A stretch of DNA of 59,876 bases, the filler included, from Catajapyx aquilonaris (lineage: Eukaryota): NCBI GenBank assembly GCA_000934665.2. It is 3 parts of 3 records of this genome, joined end to end, with 100 filler letters (N's around TTAATTAATTAA, not from the genome) between each part and the next. Parts side by side here need not be neighbours in the genome. Positions count along the whole stretch, not along the records: positions 28,470 to 59,876 come from KZ539745.1; 2 more parts are not named here. One strand, 5' to 3'. The notes under the pieces were generated by a model. The model did no database searches and was not told the DNA's origin. It saw only the letters and a program-made list of their open reading frames with translations. A program made the translations under genes and the position numbers. Below are positions 52,726 to 59,876 of this stretch, piece after piece. Each line of letters starts with the position of its first letter. Position 1 is the stretch's first letter.

Positions 52726-52726
<1 letters not shown>

Positions 52727-53541
52727 ACATAATATGCTCAAATGTAAACACTGTTTGTCAATATAAGAATTACCATGAATTAAGTCTTAACTGACCTCAG
52801 AAAAAAAGGAAATGTAAAAAGTGTGCCATCTAGCCCTGGTCTCCCCTAATGATCACAGTCCACTATGGAAGCCCCCAAAAGTGGGATATACAATAGAACC
52901 TTGTGGGCCTTTGATATTTGAAATTTGAAAATCTCAGTCTCACATGAGATGGACCTTGATAGTTCTTCTCCCGAGGTCTTCAAATGCAGGGCACCATAAA
53001 TAATCACAATTTGATAGGTGCTTTTAACTTATAAAGTTAATTGGAATAAAATTTTGGAAAAATTCAGATGGTTGATACACTGCAATTCCGACAACGTTAT
53101 TTCAGCCCATTTTCCGCTTTTGGTTTAGTGACCCTTTGCTGGAAAACCTTAAAAAGAGTATGAAATGGGAAGTTTTGTAGTGTGGTTGAAGGTCACAGAG
53201 GAGTGTGAAAAGTGCATCTTCCTCATGGGCTGTGGTTTTGTGTGTTTCTCAATATAAAATTGCTCAAGTTGATTTTGGCATTTTTGTCTTCATTACAGAG
53301 ATAATGTGCGTTGTTTTTCTGTCCAAGGTTATATGATGGAATATCAAGTGCATCCAACAACCCATGTGTCATGACTGGTTGGGGAATGGAATAACCTAGT
53401 ATTCACATAGTTTTCATTTTGTCATGTAGGCCTAACTAATGATTGTCTCAGTAATGAAACCAAAAACAGCTAGGGTGATTAATCTTGGAATAGCATAAGG
53501 AAGCAATATCTGAAACTACGAAGTGTTCAATTGCAAACTAA

Positions 53542-53670
53542 TGCCCGATTGCACCAACCGAAATGACCGATCCGATAGCTCCGAATGGATCGTAAGGAGC
53601 CCTTTTAACGTCTCCTAACGGTCTGTTAGGAGCTACCGAATTGGTAATTTCATTGGTGCAATAAGGCATA
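53542..53670. mobile_element. Degraded hairpin MITE
   Basis: TGCCCGATTGCACCAACCGAAATGACCGAT / ATTGGTAATTTCATTGGTGCAATAAGGCA. Confidence 0.55.
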
Positions 53671-54294
53671 GTGTATATCAGCAAACTGCTTCCTATATGC
53701 TACATTATGAGCCAAACTCCAACTAATATGGCTATTTGTTGGCACTAGGCTGCTTATTTTTGCTGTTACTTTTGCATATTGGATTCACTGAACGGTAATG
53801 AATGGTTGAATGACCCGTAGTTTCTTTTCATATCAGAAACACTATGGATGATCGTGTAGCCTATTTATTAAGTTAATCATCAAATGGCGTACATTTTACC
53901 TGCACTGAGACCAATTTGTGGAGTGAGCATTCATGTGTGTCAGTTTAAAATTTGGGCCAAATTTTTATGGTCGTTGTTTGACGCTTTGATACATAACCAC
54001 CTTGAAGTAACAAGGCAAGACAGTGCTATCTCTCTGGGTATGATTTTGCCTCTGGCAAACAGTAATATGCAATGCATCTGACGTGATAATAGCCCCTGAT
54101 ATTATGCAGCCCTCAATGCTTGTGCACATTTGCTAACATGTTTGGTATTATTCTTTTTACAACCTAAGTGTGCTGAAAATACATCAACAGACCACGCTGA
54201 ACTTTTTATCACCTGCTTAGACCTGGCACATTAATACACATAATGTAAGTGATAAATCCTTCAGAGGTTACTAGATTTAATCGTTTCTTTACAG

Positions 54295-55678
54295 GTTGGG
54301 TGACCCAGAGGCGGATGCACATGACCATGGGGCGCTGTTCAAGTGACCCTGGTCGACTTGGAAGCTTTCCTACCAATAATGCCACGACAACGACAGCGAC
54401 TACCGCTTCTACGACCACAACGAACACGAGCGAATCTGAATCAGAGAGCATAAAGGCAATCACAGCAGAAGGCAATCACAGAGTAGTTGAGGATGAGGAG
54501 GGGCAGGAAACAGCAAAATCAGAACAGGACTGGGATAACTATGTAGAAAGGTACCTGAGCGAGGCATACAGTGAGGAGCCTTATGACCCTGAGACCACCA
54601 AGAACCTGCTAGAATTTGGTGAAGATTACCGAATCTTCTTCGACAGCCATTCAGATGGTGGGGCATCAAGTCGAAGCAGCACCCTGCGCTTGCCACCTAG
54701 GAGGCATCGCCGAGTCAGTGACGACTCGGATTCTGAAGCAGAAGAAATGCGTCATCTCATGTTGAAATCTGAAAAGCAACGTGCCTGGCTAGAGCGACGC
54801 CTCAATGAACTTCTGGAGAGTGGGGTTGGACTGGCTGATGTTGGTCAGATGTCTGCCACATGCCAAGAGAACCTCCACTGCCTACGTGTGGTGGAGCGAG
54901 GACGAAGCCAAGTGCGAACTCGTGAAGAGGACCGAAACTTCAGAAAGCTTCGTGCTGAGTGGGAAAATGTCTCAGCAAAGGTGGACCAAGCAGCCAACTT
55001 GCATCGTCTGCGGACAGATCTAGCTGGTCTTAGGCAGACACTGATTACTATTGGTAATCGTATCAATTCCACTACTGCTGATCACATATCCAGCATTGAT
55101 CATCTGAGGGCCACGTTGCAAGAGCTGCAGACTGCGATGGATGCACTTAATGATCGCAAGCGTGATGTAGAGGAGGCAAAATGTCGGGTAGCCCAGATTG
55201 ATGCCCGAAAGGGTGGATTGGCAGGCGCAGTGAGGGATGAAGTTCGTGACCTCTATGTCCTGAGCGAGGAAAATGCACAGCGTGGTGCAGCATTGCAAGC
55301 TGATTTGCACCTGCTGCGTGATAGGTGGACCAGGCTGGAACAGCAAAAGGAGGATTTGGAACGTTGTTTGAGGGAGGACAGGGCACTTTTGTTGCAACAC
55401 TTGCAGGGTGGTATGCATGGATGTGGTGGAAGCAGCACAGATTCAGGCGTTTCTGATTCAGACCTGGAGCTGAGCGAGCGGGAGGGTAGACTACAGATGC
55501 TAAAGGAGTCAGCAAAAGATCTGATAACAGCTCAGGCATTGCCACCAGGAAGTGTGGCCGCCAATGCCATTGAAGCTTCACTCAATACAGCTGAAGACCA
55601 ATTATGTGCACTCAAAACAGCTGTTCATCAGGCAATGCTTCTCCAGCCCAGGCCTAGTTTCCTCCGTCACCACAACAA
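54295..55678 (+). CDS. klar: klarsicht-like penultimate exon (coiled-coil region)
   Basis: TTCTTTACAG acceptor, 1384 nt open, SEQDWDNYVERYLSEAYSEE, LLEFGEDYRIFFDSHSDG, TCQENL, STDSGVSDS, long heptad stretches; donor AA|GTCAGT, phase 2 matching the KASH exon. Confidence 0.9.
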
Positions 55679-55901
55679 GTCAGTCTCACTTTTGCAATAT
55701 TTAGTTTTTGCCAGTTTTGGTTCAGGGGAAAATTCTTTTTCTTTGCACCATTTGTTTCGATTTGTTTGTGGCATCATCCAAAAGTACAGCAGAGAGCAGG
55801 GCAAGTTAGGCTAGCAGCACAATTGAATATCTCGCACCTTAGAAGTAATGGGTGGATATTTCCTCCTGCTGCCAGTTATTGGCAGTGAGTGTTAGCAAGT
55901 A

Positions 55902-56367
55902 ATGGAAACCTGTCTATAGCGGAATCACTCCGTGCCACAAAAATTTTCCATGATGTGCATTTCCACTGTAAGATTGGAAGATGCTCAATTTGGAAAAATA
56001 ATAGGTCTATCAACATATTGCTGATTTTGTGCTCCCGAGTCCATAGTTCAGGGCCTGTTGGCAGTCTTTTGGTGTACAAATAGACTGTGCATGGGGGGAC
56101 AAATGGCAGCCAAACAATTCCAAATAGATTGGGAAGGTTACTTTGGGCACAAATTCCTGAATGTGAATAAGGGTCTACTCTTACACGTTACATCAGGTAT
56201 ACCTTGCGCAATAACGCATCGGGCTGATTTTAGAAGACAATGTGGGAAATGACCATATCTCAGACAAAAACACAAGGGAAATCCTACCTTGCTGCTGGGT
56301 CTGCTAAACTGTTACGCAGTAGACAAGTTTACGTTGCGTTCAGTGTCTGCTATAGACAGGTTTCCAT
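55902..56367. mobile_element. MITE with 19-bp perfect TIR
   Basis: GTA-ATGGAAACCTGTCTATAGC ... GCTATAGACAGGTTTCCAT-GTA; 3-bp TSD. Confidence 0.75.
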
Positions 56368-56727
56368 GTAACATGATAATCATGAGCTTTTTCCTGGGAT
56401 AATCCCACTAGGAAAAGCATTATGATAGTATTAACTTAGAAGAAGGATGACAAGCCCACCCAATGTAATCAAAATACAGTATTCTCAGGATGGGCATAAA
56501 TCGCAGCAGTTGTGATGTTTGTGGGTTTGTTCCCCGAAGTTGAATAACAAGTTTTCAATGCTTGCATGACATCTTTATTACTGTAATGTACAATTGCAAG
56601 CCCAATGATGGTGACGGATTTGGGCAGGATCTCAAACTAGTTTCTTATAAATGTGGTGGTGATCCTGCCCCATTGCAAAACTAACCTAGATTGGGAGATA
56701 GTGTATCAGGATGATGATGTCCTATAC

Positions 56728-57206
56728 CAGGGGTATTCAACTAGTTTATGACAAGGTCCAGTATTTACCTTTCCTGGGCCATTGAAGGTCCGGACCCCCC
56801 CCCCCCCAGGTAAAGATATGGATTTTATATTTTATATTTTTATATGGTACCACAGGGTTCATTTTTGAAAATAGAAACATGTGCAGCAATGGTAGAAGGG
56901 CCTATCAAGACAGGACATATTAAGACATTTTCACACTTTATGATGTTCTGTACAGGCGCGTAGGCAGAAGAATTTCGGAGGGGGGCCCATTTCATAAGCA
57001 TAAGGTGAACAAGCCGAAAAGGGCGGAAAATGGGGGGGGGGGGTGGTTTGAAGGTCACACGAGCTTAGGTGAAAGTGGGAGATTTGAATCGGTGTGTATG
57101 TCATAAAATTGGTAGGACTCTTTCCAAAAAATCATGAATTAGTAATTTCTAATGCTATTTCAAACTGTTCTGTACATCGTCGCGGTCCGCCATTTGAATA
57201 TCCCTG
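56728..57206. mobile_element. hAT (Charlie-type) MITE
   Basis: CAGGGGTATTCAA ... TTGAATATCCCTG with an 8-bp TSD T(C/T)CTATAC. Confidence 0.75.
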
Positions 57207-57396
57207 TTCTATACTGTATTATTGATTTGAGGCAGAGACATCCAGTATTACAGTGAACCAGTGGAGCTCCCACCGAAGTCCGTGTCCATTGTTATGCTTG
57301 TGACTGTACTAGAGACCCCTGCAGTGTTTCATAACTCGAGCAAAAATAGCACTGAAGTCTGGATTAGGTGCTACTGGATATATTGTCATGTTTCAG

Positions 57397-57745
57397 GCGG
57401 CGAGAGGAAGACCTGGAGAAGCCTAATCAGGAAAAGAAGAAGAAGAAAAAGAAGCTGAAGAGACGCTCTGAAATGCACTCCACCCCACAGACCTTTCTGT
57501 CCAAATCCTGGTCAGGCCACATGACTGCCCCTGGTGGCCCACCACCCCCACCCCCACCCCCTTCGAGCTCTGGATCATCTCCGTCACGTGCCTGGCGCAT
57601 CCTGAAGATAGCTATGGCCTTCCAAGCCTTAATGCTTGGATTGTTTTATGTTGCATACCTGATTCAGCCAGAGTGCTGCGATTTCTCCGCTGGAGCTGCA
57701 TGGGGTCCGCACCTTTCTTACATACATGGAGTCCCTCCATTCTAA
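57397..57745 (+). CDS. klar: klarsicht-like terminal exon encoding the KASH domain
   Basis: TTTCAG acceptor; Lys and Pro runs; RAWRILKIAMAFQALMLGLFYVAYLI transmembrane helix; luminal tail QPECCDFSAGAAWGPHLSYIHGVPPF*. Confidence 0.9.
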
Positions 57746-59723
57746 AGAAGAACAAAAAAAAACAGCAAAAGCCTAAAGTGAAAAACACAAAAAAAATTGC
57801 ACACCCCCTTCTAACCCATAGTGACCATACCACTGCAAGGAAATAGGTGAGTCAATGGATAACCACAAATTCAATTTCAATTTGCTCTATTGGTTGCTTG
57901 GGAACTGGGCACATGAGTCAAATTTCAGTTCCTACTTGCTTTCCTTGGCAGTTTTTATACACAACCTTACATATTTTCTTCTAGGGGGTGGGTGTTAATG
58001 ATGTTGCCAAAATGATATTTTAAGTGAACTTTATACCATTTTGTTTTATCCAGGTTTATTTTTAAAGGATGTTTTGCAGTTGTATGTCCCATGACTGCTG
58101 TTAGTTTGTACCTGCATATTTAAGTGTGATGTTCCCAGCACCTCAAGATATAGTCACGACTAAACAATAGGAAGTAAGTAGGAAGTGTGGGATGAAACAA
58201 TCAACATTGATTAGAAGAGGATAGAGTTTGGGAGCTTACTTATAGACAGTGGCAATTTATTTTACAATCACTGCCATTTTTTAAAATAGAAATCTTCAAA
58301 AAAAAAATTGCAATATTGTACTGGATAGAGGATGATAGCTTATGGTGTTGGAGGAACTAATGTGTGGGGAAAGAATCCCAGCATGTACTTAGATGACGCC
58401 CTTGATCTCGCAAGGGCTGAGAAGTCCAATCAATAGACGAATGAACCATCTGGTGCCTTTTAAAGTCAAAAAAAACAGTTTGAGTTTTCATTCCAAAGAA
58501 TATCTGTAGATGCTTTCCCAAATCCATGCATAGATGACCTAGCAGACCTTATATTTTGTACGCGGCAGCACTACCGGCAGGCTGGTGTTGAAGAGTGAAT
58601 GCAGTTTACCCACTTTCATTTGATTTTCCTTTCCATTTTTTGCTCCAGTTTTTCGTCATACACATCTCACAGTACAAAAATGGTTAACAAAAAAAAATGA
58701 AAGAGACATCATAGTCAGTGAATTTTATCACATTATTTAAGACGATAGGTGCTGAGTAATATTTATATTTAGAGGTATTATTGCTATGGTCAATTATATT
58801 AACAGTAGTCAATCAGTAGAAACGTTATAAACCAAAAATTGATTGCAAAGGTAAGTTGCGTACGATGAAAATACATTTTTAAAACCACAAAAAAATTGTA
58901 AACATATAATACATTACAAAAAAAAACTGCATGAACACGATCTTTACAGGGTTTTATATGATTTTTATAATCTTATTAGAGCTGAATATAAGTTCAGATT
59001 TACTCGGACTGTAATCGTGACATTCATAATAAATGTTTCGATTATGAAAATATCTATGCGGCTTCTTATTTCAACACCTAATAAGGAACTCGATCAAACA
59101 TTGCTGTTTATGTATTCTTTAGTGGCCAGCTGTTATCCCACGGAAAGATGCTTCATAAATAAAAATGAAATATCTAGCAATATTTTTGCTTACTTTTCCT
59201 TTTCATCATACCCAGACATCAGTGATACTTGTATGTCACGATGTGTGTGTGTGAGAATGAGTGCACCAGGCTAATGCGTGGCAGCAGGTTACCTGCCCAA
59301 CTCCGGCAGATGCAGGTGAATGACATTGTGCCATGGTGGATCCATGAAGAAACACTAGTAATGTAAGATGCATATTTGTGATAGGCTGATGGTAGTCAAC
59401 AAGGTGTCTATATACAAAAATTAGCAAAAAAAGATATTCCAAAGAGAACCAACAAATCTCTTAAAAAGGAGAGTGCGGCAACCCAACTGATGTGCAAAAG
59501 TAAACATCTCCCAAATTAGATCCGGCTAATAATTTTTGAAGATTATTTAAGCAAAAGTCAAGAAGCGAAGACGGGCTGGTAATGAGGTGCTTCCGGCTGA
59601 CAAAGCGATAGTGTTTCCTGCAATTTGGATGATCAGGGGGTGAGATAGGAACCAAGAGCAGAGCCCCAGAAATGAGCTGTCTGGATGCAAGCGCATTCAA
59701 ATTAATTGCCCCCTCCGACCCAC

Positions 59724-59797
59724 TTATGGAGGGCGCCGATACCATGAGACAACCAGAAAGTGTTGTGCCAAGGGGGTCTTCTTCACTTCAAAAGTGC
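59724..59797 (-). CDS. Probable terminal coding exon of an unidentified convergent gene
   Basis: About 40-nt polypyrimidine tract ending TTTTTCCAG; the longest frame reads xTFEVKKTPLAQHFLVVSWYRRPP*. Confidence 0.5.
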
Positions 59798-59876
59798 CTG
59801 GAAAAAGGATGACAACAAGGGAAAGAAAGAGGGGAGGTTTATTATCCTCAGGCGCTGACATTTTAAGTCTGCAACA

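Larger units (their letters stand above)
50901..52846. mobile_element. TA-flanked non-autonomous DNA element (pogo/Tc1-like) nested in the previous element
   Basis: TA-GGGGAGACCGGGGC ... GCCCTGGTCTCCCC-TA. Confidence 0.75.
50788..52981. mobile_element. TIR element with AAAT TSD (possibly Sola1-type) hosting nested insertions
   Basis: AAAT-GAAGACCTCGGGGGAAGAATGATCAAGGTCCA ... TGGACCTTGATAGTTCTTCTCCCGAGGTCTTC-AAAT. An AWWT TSD is the Sola1 pattern. Confidence 0.7.

Noticed and set aside
44042..55581. Minus-strand ORFs opposite klarsicht exons
   Set aside because: They are antisense shadows of the real coding exons.

Overview
This is animal genomic DNA, probably arthropod, intron-containing and rich in transposable elements (TEs). 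It is not one contig: two identical 100-nt linkers (44 N + TTAATTAATTAA + 44 N, at 14132-14231 and 28370-28469) join three pieces. Piece 1 (1-14131) is mostly non-coding, with candidate exons and miniature inverted-repeat TEs (MITEs). Piece 2 (14232-28369) holds the first three coding exons of UBE2K (minus strand, 3' exons absent), two TTAA/piggyBac-type MITEs, a 5'-truncated decayed LINE with a nested insertion, a spliced minus-strand gene for an atypical Sox/MATA-like HMG-box protein (RPPNAF motif), and mariner remnants. Piece 3 (28470-59876) holds six in-phase exons (about 1050 aa) of a klarsicht-like KASH protein on the plus strand. Its introns carry hairpin MITEs, tRNA-derived SINEs and a four-level nested TE stack, and a probable last exon of a convergent gene lies at the right end. 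The best leads are the orphan HMG-box gene, a possible KASH-less read-through klarsicht isoform, a CpG-rich domain inside klarsicht, and a V-domain-like SINE. No prokaryotic system, CRISPR array, rRNA or true tRNA was seen, and nothing here can be called a new system without the listed checks.
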